Source: Octopus bimaculoides
Taxonomy: Eukaryota
Length of the DNA: 51,810 nucleotides
Direction of reading: 5' to 3'
Assembly (NCBI RefSeq): GCF_001194135.2
Contig: NC_068985.1
Span: 102,344,836 to 102,396,645 of the forward strand
The number at the start of each line of letters is the position of its first letter. Within the stretch, counting starts at the first letter, position 1. Below are positions 26,206 through 39,110 of this stretch, in pieces. The position numbers were made by a program, and so were the translations under genes. Under the pieces are notes generated by a model. That model searched no databases, was not told the origin of the DNA, and was given only the letters and a program-made list of their open reading frames with translations.

Positions 26206-26524
26206 TTACCTGCAGTCCTATAGCTGAAAATATCTTTAAAATGGGTAAAATGTAAGATTCTACCTTCAAAGAATTCCCCGTTTTGAGTTGAATATAATAT
26301 TTGGATAATGCAATTAATTGGTGGACCTTTCATTACTTTACGTAAATATTTAGCTAAAATATTGTCATAGTAACCCGATTCCTTTCAAATTGTTACCATA
26401 GTAATAGACATTGCGTCTATACGAATATTTTACTTCGTTATGGTGCATTTGTGCAATTGAATAAATAACGCACCAGCTGTTCATATATTTTTTTTATATT
26501 CATTAAAATTCATTTATCGTTTAT

Positions 26525-26768
26525 CTTTTATCTCTTTCAGTGTTTAGGCTACGGCCATGGTGGAAGGCCGCCTTGAAAAATGTTTAGTCGAATGAAACGA
26601 CCCTAGTAATGAAATCGTTTCACTAATCCTAGTATATATTGTATCGGTCTCTTATGTATCGGTCTCTTACGGGTACGTAGACACACCAACGCCGGTTGTC
26701 AAACGGTTGTGAGGGTCAAACACTAACAAAAAGACACGTACACATATGTATACGACGGACTTCTTCCT
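26525..26768 (-). mobile_element. SINE family B, 3' half only, cut off by the neighbouring fold-back element
   Basis: tttcagtg...ggccatg...atcggtctctt...cggttgtcaaac...tacgacggacttcttc matches the 12061 and 32641 copies. Confidence 0.8.
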
Positions 26769-26828
26769 ACCAACATTATTGATATTATTTACATTTGACG
26801 GATATTTCTTCTCATCTTGTTTGTTGTT

Positions 26829-26874
26829 AACGCAACGTTTCGGCTGATATACTCTCCAGTATTTATCAGGTGTC
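26829..26874 (-). ncRNA. Degenerate minimal type-I hammerhead ribozyme motif
   Basis: GACAC CTGATAA ATACTG-GAGAGTATAT-CAGCC GAAA CGT T^GCGTT. Stem III is the palindromic ACGT. G8 is changed to A, and stems I and II are partly mismatched. Confidence 0.55.
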
Positions 26875-26994
26875 TTGTGGAAATTTCGAACCTGGGTCCA
26901 CATTCATAAGGTATTTTTCGATGTAATTATTATTATTATTATTATTATCATTATTATTATTATTATTATTATCATTATTATTATTATTATTCAG

Positions 26995-27066
26995 GTCACG
27001 GCCTGGAATCGAACTCGGAATCTTAGGGTTAGCATACCGCGTTCTTAACCACTACACCATATGCCC
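26995..27066 (-). promoter_or_regulatory. tRNA-like internal Pol III promoter (A box TGGTGTAGTGG, B box GAGTTCGATTCC)
   Basis: Minus strand GGGCATATGGTGTAGTGGTTAAGAACGCGG...ATTCCGAGTTCGATTCCAGGCCGTG. There is no good acceptor stem, so this is a SINE-type head rather than a tRNA gene. Confidence 0.75.
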
Positions 27067-27117
27067 GTGGGTATATGGCGTAGTGGTTATGTGGTTAAGT
27101 AGTTAGTGGTTAAGTGA

Positions 27118-27191
<74 letters not shown>

Positions 27192-27415
27192 TCGAAAAAT
27201 GTCTTAGGAATGAGAACCCAGTTTTGAAATTTCCCCAAGACACNNNNNNNNNNNNNNNNNNNNNNNNNNNNNNNNNNNNNNNNNNNNNNNNNNNNNNNNN
27301 NNNNNNNNNNNNNNNNNNNNNNNNNNNNNNNNNNNNNNNNNNNNNNNNNNNNNNNNNNNNNNNNNNNNNNNNNNNNNNNNNNNNNNNNNNNNNNNNNNNN
27401 NNNNNNNNNNNNNNN

Positions 27416-27489
<74 letters not shown>

Positions 27490-28630
27490 GCTTGTATGTT
27501 TGAATAATGTATATTTGTCTACGCTGACTCTTTGCAGTACTTATTTAATATGCCCTTCTATTTTTCTATTCTTATTGCAATAGAAGCGATGAGGATTGAG
27601 TCATATACATTAACACTTGAATTCGATTTGTGAGTATTGCTTTAGATAGATAACCACTTCACTTTATAATAGATTGTCAAATCAGTCACACACATATTTA
27701 CTTCCTATTCATTATCATTTGTAATTACTTGGCTTATGGAACATCTACTGATGTAAAAAAAAAATATCCCAATCCAACGGAAACTGAGAATTTAGAAAGA
27801 GGAAAAAATTTGAGGATTAAGAAAAAGAGTGAAGTAGTTTTCAGCGTATAAAAACAAAGAGAAATTAAAAATTCGCAATGTATTTAACATCGTGTCTTAT
27901 CATTCAAACTTCTTGACAGAAAACTGCTGTTTGTTGCAGAGTAAAAAACAAAATAAACATCATTAACTTTCTGAACTTTTCATATTTAAACATATTTACT
28001 AATTTTTACTGTAGATTTTTAAAAACATTTTAATAGAAATGCTTTTTCTCCCTTTACAATATCAGAAATATTGTTTATCAAAGATTTATTTTAACTTTCT
28101 TTGTTTTTCTTTCATTTATTTTCGTTTATTTGTATCTATTGATTTTCATTCTCCATATTTTTTACTAGATCTCCATGAATATATATTGATTTATTTCATG
28201 AGAGGAAAACCAAAGACTTGAAAAAAAAAAAACATCAGATATTCTCAAAGTTGTGTAAGTTGTAAGAGAGATACACATGTATATCGAAGTGGATTAGTGT
28301 ATTTTACTCGTAGAATTTGTTCGCGAATTCTCAACGTTCTTCAATCATCAGTAAAACAATTATTTCGTTACATAAACAAGATAATTCGTATTTATAAGGA
28401 GAAAAGACAAACACGGAAATTTCTGCATTATAACTGAATCTTAAAAATACTAAATATGTAAATAAAAACAAAATATTTACTACAAGGATTCGAAGCTAAC
28501 ATATATACTTCGACCATAGTGTCATATCATTACTTAGAATATTATCCACTGCTTTTTCAATGAATGAGATTTTAGTAACATACAGTGTAACAAACAACTC
28601 CAAATATTAATATATTTATCATTTGTCTTC

Positions 28631-28780
28631 ATGTTCTGAGTTGAAATTCTGCCGAGGTCAATTTGGTCTTTTCATCTTTTGGCGTTGATAAAATAAGTAC
28701 CAGTTGAACAATGGGGTACATTTATTCGACTTAGACTCTCCCCCAATTCTGCTGGCATTGTGCCCCCAAGTGAAGAAGTA
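28631..28780 (+). mobile_element. SINE family A, 5'-truncated
   Basis: gttctgagttgaaattctgccgaggtc ... gttgataaaataagtaccagt. Confidence 0.85.
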
Positions 28781-31004
28781 GTATCTCCCAAGACATATAA
28801 TAGAGGTAATCTGGCCGTGGTGGGGGTATTGAGTAGCAGTTGAGTAGCAGTTGTGTAGCGGTTGAGAAGAGATCATCCGAAGGTGCTAGATAGCAGTAAC
28901 TTTCAGACATAACAAATTTGTAAAGAATATATTTACCATTCGTTTCTTGTTCCTGATCCTAATGTACTACGATAGAATTTAAATCAAAATAACTAATACA
29001 AATCATCGATATTTACTTCAGCAAGCACAAGGTATTGCGTCTAGACATATAACAAATCATAACGGCCATTACTTTAAATAACAGAAGAAGCAAAATCGCC
29101 CACAGATTTGGATCTAGAATCAAATGAGAAATATTTTTAGAAACATCAGATTAGCTTTAAAATTAGACGGATTTTTCATTAAATTCCTATTGATATTTAA
29201 TCACTTAACCTTTATTCAAATATAATTCTGAATAAGAGAAACATTTTAACGCACACACAAGCATACATACTAACACACACACACACACACACAGATACAC
29301 AGATATATATATGTATGTATGTATATATATAGAGAGAGAGAGACAGACAGACAGAAAGAGAGAGAGAGAGAAACATGCGCACGCACATATGCGTATTCAT
29401 ATATAAAAAGATGAGTGTATATATGAATATATATACATATGTATATAGAGAGAGACAGAGACAGACAGACAGATAGACGGACAGACAGAGACACGGCCAG
29501 ACACACAGACAGGCCGTAAACAACATTAAGTCAATTGAAATTAGATTCGTAATGAGAAGAAAGTCATTAGCATTGATGAAAATTACTCTTGAAAAATGCA
29601 CTGTGCGAATGCGAGAGTTGACTCATATAAACATGTATTCACATGTAGACGTATGTTTTTTTCTATCAAGGTATTACATGTATATATCTGCACCTCTCAC
29701 TCTCTCTCTTTCTCTATCTATCTATCTTTCTCACTCACTCTCTCTCTCTACATATACATATATGTTTGTGTATCTCTGTGTGTGCATATGTGTATGGATG
29801 GAAGGGTAGCTAGATGGCTGGATAGATGGATGGTTAGGTGTATATGCATTGTTGAAAATATCATAAGAAAACTGCACCTGTATAACCTGCATGTTGTTGT
29901 TTACAACTTCTGATCTTTGCTTTAAATTTTCATTTCTGAGTGAGGTAATAACTTACAAGATTATTAAAATCCAGTAAACAGATTAACCTCATGCTTCCAC
30001 ACATGCACATACGCTTAAAGAACACTCCTCACATTTATATGTAGACTGTCGTTTAGACTCTGTAGCAAATACACAATAAATCCACTCACGCCCACACATA
30101 CACCTACACTACACAGGCGAAAGTATGTGTACATATATATAAACATGTGTGTTTGTGGGTGTGTGAGTATGTGTAAATAGCTACATAAATATGTCTATAT
30201 GTATATGTGTGTATACATATAGACATATAACCCTAGCCCCACGTGGATACACAAATACACACACATGTATATATATGTTAGCATGCGTGTATAGTTGTGT
30301 GTATATGTGTGTTTGTGTATTAAGAGGGGATGCTGAAATATTTCTGGCTTGAAGGGTATTGCAAAATGCCATGTTGGGGGCCTAGCCTTCTGAGTTCTTT
30401 TATAGGGGTTAAGAAAAAAATTGAAGGTCTGCTGCAACAAGTGTGTGAATCTGAGAGGAGAATATGTGGAATAATATCATAATTAACTAATTCTCCTGTA
30501 TTTTATTTTACCCAAAGCGATGAACTTTTCAGCACCCCATTAATGCATTATATATACATATCTGATTATATATATATATAGAGAGAGAGAGAGGAAAATA
30601 TCAACATGCTGTCGTCGTAACATGAAAATGTTAAGTGTGTTCACATCAGCGTATGATTCGCATTTACTTGTAGATGATAAATTAACTCAATCTTTATTGT
30701 GTTGTAGAAAGATTTATGTATGTTTGCATAGTACTTTAATTTGTACAGACCTTTCTAACGAAATATCAATGATCTAAACGAATATCAAGAAATATCACAT
30801 TACTACTGCAACCTTTTAATTTCGTTTTGTTTCTCTTCTTGTAAAAAAGACGGACATGTTAGCTTTTTTTTTCCAACCGTTATGTATTTCGTACGTTCTG
30901 TTTGTTGTCACTTGGATGCAATTTCGTAGCGTTTTTGAAAAGTAGTATCTTGCACTAGAATTCTTTTGTCTGAGTCGAGAAAATTATTATAAATAAAATT
31001 CAGG

Positions 31005-31560
31005 AAACAGAAATTTGGCTTCGGCGTGTGCTTTCTTATTCAGACGATGTCATCAGCATCTAGGGTGTTTTGTAGCACAGTGCCAGGTCGACTAATGCCT
31101 CTGTGAGGAATTTGATTGACTGAAAGTTTGAAGAAGCCTGTTACACGCACACACACACGCGCACAGGCACATGCAAACACTCACACGCACATGCACACAC
31201 GCACACACATAAATATGTATATGTATGCATGTACATAAACATACGCGCATACACACACACACATACACACATATATATATGTATATATATATATATAAAT
31301 GTGTGTGTGTGTGTATGTATGTACGTATGTATGTATGTACGTATACGCGCGTGTGTGTGTGTATGTGCGTGTGTCGGTAAGTATTTGCATGTGATGTGAC
31401 TTTGAGTTTGCCTCCCCACCACCTGATAACAGGAATTTGTCTGCGCATGTCCCAGTCTCTTAGTAACTCGACACATGCTATGTTCGATTAAATACCTCAG
31501 TGTCTTGCTACAGCTCAACCGCAGACTAATGGCTGATACAAGTAATTAAATTAAAAGAGT
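31005..31560 (+). mobile_element. Old degenerate SINE family B copy with an expanded internal (CA)/(TA)/(TG) tract
   Basis: ggtcgactaatgcctctgtgaggaatttgattgactgaaagtttgaagaagcctgt resembles the family B 5' half. tggctgatacaagtaattaaattaaaaga resembles the tail. Confidence 0.55.
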
Positions 31561-32529
31561 TTAAGCACGTCTAAGTATATAAGAATAACAAGAACATTGT
31601 CAGTGCATCGTACACAAATTGCTTGTGCTATTGTCGATATTGCTCTGTGCGCCCATATCCTTCAATGGCTATAAACCCATAAATCTATTTTCTTGTATCT
31701 GCAAATTGATAAATCCTTTTATATTCATAATGATTTTTGCGTTTAATAGTTTTGCTAAATGTGTGTAAGTTTTCTCTCTCTGATATGAGCCTTATTCTTT
31801 TGAAAAGGGTAATTCATATATTTCAGCAGCTATCTAAATCATCAATGCCCTCAAATACGTTAAATGTTAATAGAAATGCTTTATATAAAATTATTGTGCC
31901 TCGTGATTCATAAATGATGTATTTATATAAATTGGGCGGATAGTAATATTATTGTTGATACATGTGGAAGATTTGAGTGAGAAGGTAGCAATCTCTTCTC
32001 AGATATGCTGCTGGAAATGTCGAAAGCCGGACCAATGTGCTGTAAAGCAGAAAACGTAGATATGAAACATGATAGGTGCATATAAATCTTTAGTTGAAAG
32101 CATGTCTATGAGGTTAATAAGGTAGTTCGCAAACATATTTCTGTGTTGGATTTCACAGCCCGATTAGCTGGGTTCGTGTCTTTTACTATTACTTTCGGAT
32201 GATCAATTTCTGAGTAGAATTTTGCCCTAGAAAATTATGATGAAGATCTTTGTGAAAATGTATGCTCTCCCAATACACATATATATACGTACATACACGC
32301 ACATATATATATGTATGTGACTATGTGTACACGCACGTGTTTATACTGAAACATTTGTTTGAGTTATTTGAGCAGTTCAACAAAATATGTTTGCATAAAA
32401 CAAGGATCAGGCATTAATGAGAAATATTAATCTGTCGCTATAATCGGATACTCCTTCAAGACTGTAGCCCAAAATAGATAGTATCCATTGAGGGAACTTA
32501 ATTAAAGTATAAATGTTTATGATAATGAT

Positions 32530-32636
32530 GGCTTTCAAATTTTGGCACAGGGTCAGCAATTTCGGAGAAGGGGATAAGTTGATTATATCCAACCTATTGT
32601 TCAACTGGTGCATATTTTATCGATTCCGAAAGGATA
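32530..32636 (-). mobile_element. SINE family A 3' fragment
   Basis: aattttggcacagggtcagcaattt...caactggtgcatattttatcgattccgaaaggat. Confidence 0.7.
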
Positions 32637-32640
32637 CTCT

Positions 32641-32854
32641 TTTACTGTTTTAATTGTTTCAGTCATTTGACTGTGGCCATGCTGGAGCACCGACATTAGT
32701 CGAGCGAATTGACCCCAGGACTTATTATTTGTAAGCCTAGTACTTATTCTATCGGTCTCTTTTGCCGAACGGCTAAGTTGCGGGGACGTAAACACACCAG
32801 CATCGGTTTTCAAGTGATGTTGGGGGGAACAAACACAGACATACAAACATACAT

Positions 32855-32887
<33 letters not shown>

Positions 32888-33229
32888 NNNNNNNNNNNNN
32901 NNNNNNNNNNNNNNNNNNNNNNNNNNNNNNNNNNNNNNNNNNNNNNNNNNNNNNNNNNNNNNNNNNNNNNNNNNNNNNNNNNNNNNNNNNNNNNNNNNNN
33001 NNNNNNNNNNNNNNNNNNNNNNNNNNNNNNNNNNTATATATATATATATATGTATATACATATATACGACGGGCTTCTTTCAGTTTTCGTCTACCAAATC
33101 CGCTCACAAGGCTTTGGTCGGCCCGAGGCTATAGTAGAAGACACTTGCCCAAGCTGCCACGCAGTGGGACAGAACCCGGAGCCATGTGGTTCGTAGGCAA
33201 GCTACTTACCACACATTCATTTCTACGCC
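32641..33229 (-). mobile_element. SINE family B, full length, with an assembly gap in its internal microsatellite
   Basis: Collinear with 12061-12506 on both sides of the gap. Confidence 0.9.
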
Positions 33230-33249
33230 TATGGAAATCAAAATCGATG

Positions 33250-33815
33250 TGGCGCTATTTGAACGTAATGACGGGCGAAATGCCGTTAAACCTATTTTGC
33301 CGGTGCAGTAACAACTCTGCCAGCTATCCGCCTTTATGATTATAATACTAACGATAACTTCTCATACAGGGAATAAACTGGAAGTTTTGTTAAAAAGAAA
33401 TAGTCGGTCGTAACAGCCCCACCCCAATTGTTAGTTATTACTGTATTTGATTATCAGCGGGAAGAGAACGGGAGCAGTTAACTTTTGTCGGCAAGCCTTG
33501 TTGATCTGAGGACATAGAAATTTCCTGTCCTGAATGACAGTGGACAGTCAGAATTGTCATGTCACTGGACAGATTGCTTAGCACTATTTTGTTCTGGCTT
33601 TCAATGTCCTGAGTTCAACAACTCTGGCCGAAAAGATTGACTATTCCCGTTATCTTCCCGATATGTTCTAAGAATTGGGCTGATATGATCGACCATTTCT
33701 TTTGATTTCAAATTTTGGCACAAGGCCAACAATTTAGGGGAGAGTAAGAGAAGAGATCATCGACCCCAGTACTCAGCAGATACTTATTTCACCGACCCCG
33801 AAAGGATAAAAACTC
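33250..33815. mobile_element. Cluster of three degenerate SINE family A fragments (about 33250-33335 minus, 33540-33680 plus, 33706-33815 minus)
   Basis: Head-hairpin, B-box and Meta-like remnants (actctgccagct; cctgagttcaac; tacttatttcaccgaccccgaaaggat). Confidence 0.6.
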
Positions 33816-34002
33816 AGTGCACTAAGTCCTGTTGTTATGTGTGCATATGTGTGTGTGTGTGTGTGAGCATGTGTGTGTGTATGTGTGTAATTTGTTAGCT
33901 GGTGAATTGGTGAATACAGGATTGACCGAAAGCAGAAAAATACGCGCAACTCTAAGGGATCGAAATTATACTATATATATATATATATATATATATACAA
34001 AG

Positions 34003-34035
<33 letters not shown>

Positions 34036-34763
34036 CACACATACATGCATACATACATACTTTCGTGTGAGTTTGTAGGTTTCTATGTTATTTCCGTTCG
34101 CGAGTGTGTATCCGGATATGTGCGTGCATGCACATGTGTGAATGCTTGTGTGTGTGTGTTGGTGTTTGTATAAATGTGTGCATAATATGGCGACGGAAGC
34201 GTATTTATTTGATTGATTGAATATATCTTCGGGCGGACGCCTGCCTGTTTGTCTCTGCAAAAGTAGTTTGTAGAAAATAAAGCACTGGGTGAGGTATGAA
34301 AGCAGTTCAATGATCCATTTTTCTATTCAGATTTTGTTCAAAGATCTATATTTAGCTGAGTATCTTGGACCCAAAACTGATCAATTCTTATCTAACTGGC
34401 CAGCCCGACCTCATTTAAGAAAGTTTAAGTGAAAACATTATTAATATACAAAGTGGATCAATTACGCATTTGATATAACAACGTTCGTATCGTTATATGA
34501 GTCTTATGTCGTCCTACACGACTTTTCCTTCCTGAATACAATCTACACTAAACGTGATTTGCACAAAGAAACCATGCATGTAGTTCATACACACGCATAA
34601 ACACTCACCCCCTATTATATGTGTGTGTTAATTTGTGAGCGTGTGAAATGATTGTGCATGTGTATGTATATACATATGTGTGTCTGTGTGTGTCTGAATA
34701 TATATATAGAGAGAGTCATAGAAGCAAGAACTCACAATCACACGATCACACACACATATAAAA

Positions 34764-34851
<88 letters not shown>

Positions 34852-35889
34852 TTTCCAACTAAGTATATGTGTGCGGACACACACATGCACACACACACAC
34901 ACACATACATGTTTGCTCCTGTGTGTGTGCACATATGACTACGCAGCGGGGTGATTGTGAAGGTGTTTTGTACGCGTGTGATGTTTGTCAACTCCATTAA
35001 TATTTATGTACAATTAGCATATATTTTAATATATTTGCATCACAATCGCGCGCAACAGCTCGCGCAGCAGGGCCGAGATGTAAACGCACAGTCACACTAT
35101 ACACTAACATGCGCACCTAAACACACACAAACATACGCACACTCATACACACACACACACACACACACACATAGACACCCGTGCATATATTGAAACAATC
35201 TTAGCGCAACAGTTGGTCTCCCTACAAAAACGTGTGTGATGTGTGCATCTGTCACCGTGTATGTGTGCATATGTATGTGTCTCTATACATATCTCTCAGT
35301 GTGGGTTATTTCTCATTATATCAACCATTATTATATTTCTTCACGTATTAATATCATCATCATTGGTAATTTTTCATATATAATTTGTATTGCTTTTTCG
35401 TCCCATCATGTGACATATGTTCCCTTGGTCTTCCCGTCTACTTACACTGCAGAGTGATCTCCCCTCTCATTTTGTAGGGAATTAACAAAGACGTTGCGTT
35501 GATGTCTCTCCACTTCGTGTTTACTGTTAAAAAAACAACGGGGAGCGGTTTGGCAATTACTGGTGCTACTAATACTACTGCTATTACTATTACTAATATT
35601 ACTACCTCTACTATTAATATTAATAATTATAATAATGATAATGATAATACGGGAACAGTGAATAAAAATCTTGAGAAGTACATGGAACAAATAGGGGATG
35701 CAATAAGTGTGAAATATATATGGTCCCCATGACTGCTTCGAACCGCTCGAATACTCGAATAATAATAATAATAATAATGATAATAAATAATAATAATAAT
35801 AATACGATGATGCAGTACCAGACATTGGATAGGCATTTGATTGCCTCTATTCATCTCCTTCATTCTACTAATGTACATTGAAATGCTCC

Positions 35890-35959
<70 letters not shown>

Positions 35960-36239
35960 GATGTGGTTCTTGTTGTTTGTTTATCATCATTATTATTATT
36001 AGACAGTCGAATTTGGCAGGTTCTTTCATCATGTGTGTGTGTGCGTGTGCGTGTGTGTGTGTGTGAGTGTTCGTGTGTGTGAATGACTATGTGAGTGTGC
36101 TTGTGTGTTTATGTTTATTTCCATTTACATATTCATATATGTGCGTACCTTTGTCTATACATATATTTACACATATACTTATGTATTATGTGGATTTCAC
36201 AATTGATACATAGACATATCCACCAATCGATCGATCGAT

Positions 36240-36271
36240 AGATATCTAGATAGATAGATAGATATATATAG

Positions 36272-36369
<98 letters not shown>

Positions 36370-36383
36370 GCAGACATATATTC

Positions 36384-36438
<55 letters not shown>
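36240..36438. repeat. (GATA)n/(GACA)n tetranucleotide array
   Basis: Seen directly. Similar arrays lie at 41100-41164 and 51238-51297. Confidence 0.97.
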
Positions 36439-36439
<1 letters not shown>

Positions 36440-37016
36440 TTATTCTTGAGATTGTTAATTTTCTACGTCAGTACCGCCTTTATGTATACTGACAGCAATA
36501 TGATTCTGGAGTTCTATGAAGACGTTTTGCAACGGATTTTCATTTGTTTGCTGCTTTTTTTTTTATTGAATCACACTAAATATTATCGTCGAAAGACGTC
36601 TAGTGAACAAGGTTTATTTGAATATATATCGTCCTTAGATGTGCTCATAAAATAAAATTAAAGTCACAATGTCTGTTTTATTTTTATTTTAATTGATACA
36701 TACCTATAATAAATATCTTTACGCTTCCAAGGTTTCTAAACAGCCTATTATATATATAAATAAATTTGTAAAAATCACACCTAAATTTCATTATTGCAAA
36801 CAGAGAATTTATAATAATACTCCTCAATGTGTTTATATATATATATATNNNNNNNNNNNNNNNNNNNNNNNNNNNNNNNNNNNNNNNNNNNNNNNNNNNN
36901 NNNNNNNNNNNNNNNNNNNNNNNNNNNNNNNNNNNNNNNNNNNNNNNNNNNNNNNNNNNNNNNNNNNNNNNNNNNNNNNNNNNNNNNNNNNNNNNNNNAT
37001 ATATATATATATATAT

Positions 37017-37545
37017 AGTTGTAGATCCCTGACAAGGTCATGGAGTTCACCTTGGGTTATGAGATGTGATCTAGAGGAGGTTGATTTATCAAAATTTGGG
37101 CCACTGTAACCCAGCACTATCATCCTTCTCTGATTCATCCTCACCACTTTCTTCATCTGGCTCAAAGGATATCAAAGTCGTTGCATCAGGAACATGTAGA
37201 ACTTCTCCATGAGAAACTGGACGAATAGCTGATGGAATGCTTGGATATTTAATGGACTTCCTTTCATCTTTGACAAGCCCCTATTTTACTAGAGATACCA
37301 TGCAGAAATAACACTTATTGGTATGGCCTTTTAGTCCCGCCACGTTATTGGTGAAGGTTAGCAGCACAAGTGTTGCAGCATATGGGAGTAGCTCACTTCT
37401 TATCCTGGTCGCCACCCTTGCATCCAAAATATAGGTGATATGCCTTTCTAACCATAGCAGTTATACGGCGCTTCTATGATGCAAAGGTCACCTCACCACA
37501 AATGTAGCAGAAGTTGTCTGCCTTATTTATACAAGTGCAAGACAT
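37017..37545 (-). pseudogene. Transposase N-terminal pseudogene, Chapaev3-like (CMC superfamily) DNA transposon
   Basis: MSCTCINKADNFCYICGEVTFAS*KRRITAMVRKAYHLYFGCKGGDQDKK*ATPICCNTCAANLHQ*...HTNKCYFCMVSLVK*...YPSIPSAIRPVSHGE...HLITQGELHDLVRDLQL. The Cys/His pattern (FCYICGE, YFG.K.GDQDK.W, CYFC, PSAIRPV, ELxDLVRDL) matches Chapaev3-type transposases as I recall them. At least 4 stops and 2 frameshifts. It ends at (TA)n plus a gap. Confidence 0.8.
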
Positions 37546-37980
37546 CTGAAAGAAAAAAAAAGACACAAGACAATTTAAAGATAAACAGAAAACTAATTGA
37601 TAAATTAATCATTATAAAACAGTGCATGGCAGAAGTATTTATATTATTCAGTAGGAAAACAGAATCAATATAAAATGCCTCACATGCATATCAACAGCCT
37701 ACTCAGTGAATATTTATTATAAGTTTAAAATTTGTTTGACTAGAAAAGCCACCTATCTTCCACCTCAGCACAACCACCTCCCATGACTGCTAGAACAATA
37801 CTGAAATGCAGTGTGACTGTGAATGTGGCGACATGTATGCGTATCTTGAAAAGTAGAGCTAACAAAGAATTCTAACCATGATATTCACTAACAGTGACCT
37901 AAAATTAGTTGGAAATTGCTACTCTGGTCTCAGAAGCAGTTTGGTTGTTGACCAATGTAATTAAGTGATCGTTATTCGTG
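37546..37980 (-). mobile_element. Probable 5' non-coding arm of the Chapaev3-like element
   Basis: A strong acceptor ttttttttctttcag lies directly before the ATG. Candidate CAC-starting termini are at 37980 (CACGAATAAC) or 37708 (CACTGAG). The boundary is inferred. Confidence 0.4.
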
Positions 37981-38701
37981 GAGAAGTAGGTCATGCCTCT
38001 CACGTGCATTTTTTTTTAATAGATACAGACCATCACAAACAAATGTGAGAGTTATTGTGTTTCATTAATTGTTCATTTTGATTTCTATGTACTGAAACAC
38101 ACATTTATATGTGTACGTCTTTGTGTGTGTGTGTGTACACGTATACTAATATATATATATATATANNNNNNNNNNNNNNNNNNNNNNNNNNNNNNNNNNN
38201 NNNNNNNNNNNNNNNNNNNNNNNNNNNNNNNNNNNNNNNNNNNNNNNNNNNNNNNNNNNNNNNNNNNNNNNNNNNNNNNNNNNNNNNNNNNNNNNNNNNN
38301 NNNNNNNNNNNNNNNNNNNNNNNNNNNNNNNNNNNNNNNNNNNNNNNNNNNNNNNNNNNNNNNNNNNNNNNNNNNNNNNNNNNNNNNNNNNNNNNNNNNN
38401 NNNNNNNNNNNNNNNNNNNNNNNNNNNNNNNNNNNNNNNNNNNNNNNNNNNNNNNNNNNNNNNNNNNNNNNNNNNNNNNNNNNNNNNNNNNNNNNNNNNN
38501 NNNNNNNNNNNNNNNNNNNNNNNNNNNNNNNNNNNNNNNNNNNNNNNNNNNNNNNNNNNNNNNNNNNNNNNNNNNNNNNNNNNNNNNNNNNNNNNNNNNN
38601 NNNNNNNNNNNNNNNNNNNNNNNNNNNNNNNNNNNNNNNNNNNNNNNNNNNNNNNNNNNNNNNNNNNNNNNNNNNNNNNNNNNNNNNNNNNNNNNNNNNN
38701 N

Positions 38702-38754
<53 letters not shown>

Positions 38755-38994
38755 AACCTAAACGTATTGTTATCGCCATGTTGTTTGGTGTTCTCATGAT
38801 TGAGTGTCCGTAGTTATAAAGAAGTTTATGATCTCAACCATTGTCATTATTACAAGCTGACAGTTGAACACTCATTTTACCCACAAGAATTTCTTTTACA
38901 CCTAATATAATGTAGTATTCAGCCAAGTAATTGCTATGTATTTAGACTCATGCGATGGCTTCGTGAAGTATTCTTAGATGTAATCATATACTCT

Positions 38995-39110
38995 TTTACT
39001 GTTTTCAGTCATTGGGCTGCGGCCATCTTGGGAAACGCGTTCAAGTGAATTAATCGAATATAGCGACACCACTACACATGTTATCGATCTTTTAAAACAA
39101 GTCAAATGGC
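38995..39110 (-). mobile_element. SINE family B-type 3' tail fragment
   Basis: ctcttttactgttttcagtcattgggctgcggccat matches the reverse-complemented tail. Confidence 0.6.

Larger units (their letters stand above)
26770..27243. mobile_element. Fold-back element: two head-to-head tRNA-like heads, each followed by (AAT)n and a shared tail; the left tail carries a hammerhead motif
   Basis: The arms are reverse complements around about 27067 (taaccactacaccatatgccc / gggtatatggcgtagtggtta; tattcaggtcac / gtgacctgaata; gtgtcttgtggaaatttc...tttttcgat / atcgaaaaa...gaaatttccccaagacac). The right end runs into the gap. Confidence 0.85.

Noticed and set aside
26210-26223. Possible 14-nt minus-strand microexon (ttttcag|CTATAGGACTGCAG|gtaagt)
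   Set aside because: The donor merges with an (AAT)n run, such a match is expected by chance in 50 kb, and no flanking exons were found.
26995-27066. tRNA gene call
   Set aside because: A and B boxes are present, but there is no proper acceptor stem and it is embedded in a repeat. Treated as a SINE head.
34180-35100. Local CpG-rich spots (aatatggcgacggaagcg; cgcgcgcaacagctcgcgcagc) suggesting a promoter
   Set aside because: Short motifs only, with no linked exon or TSS evidence.
35477-35732. Open frame after a ttttgtag acceptor (GINKDVALMSLHF...)
   Set aside because: Half of it is ACT/AAT triplet repeat, and there is no homology.
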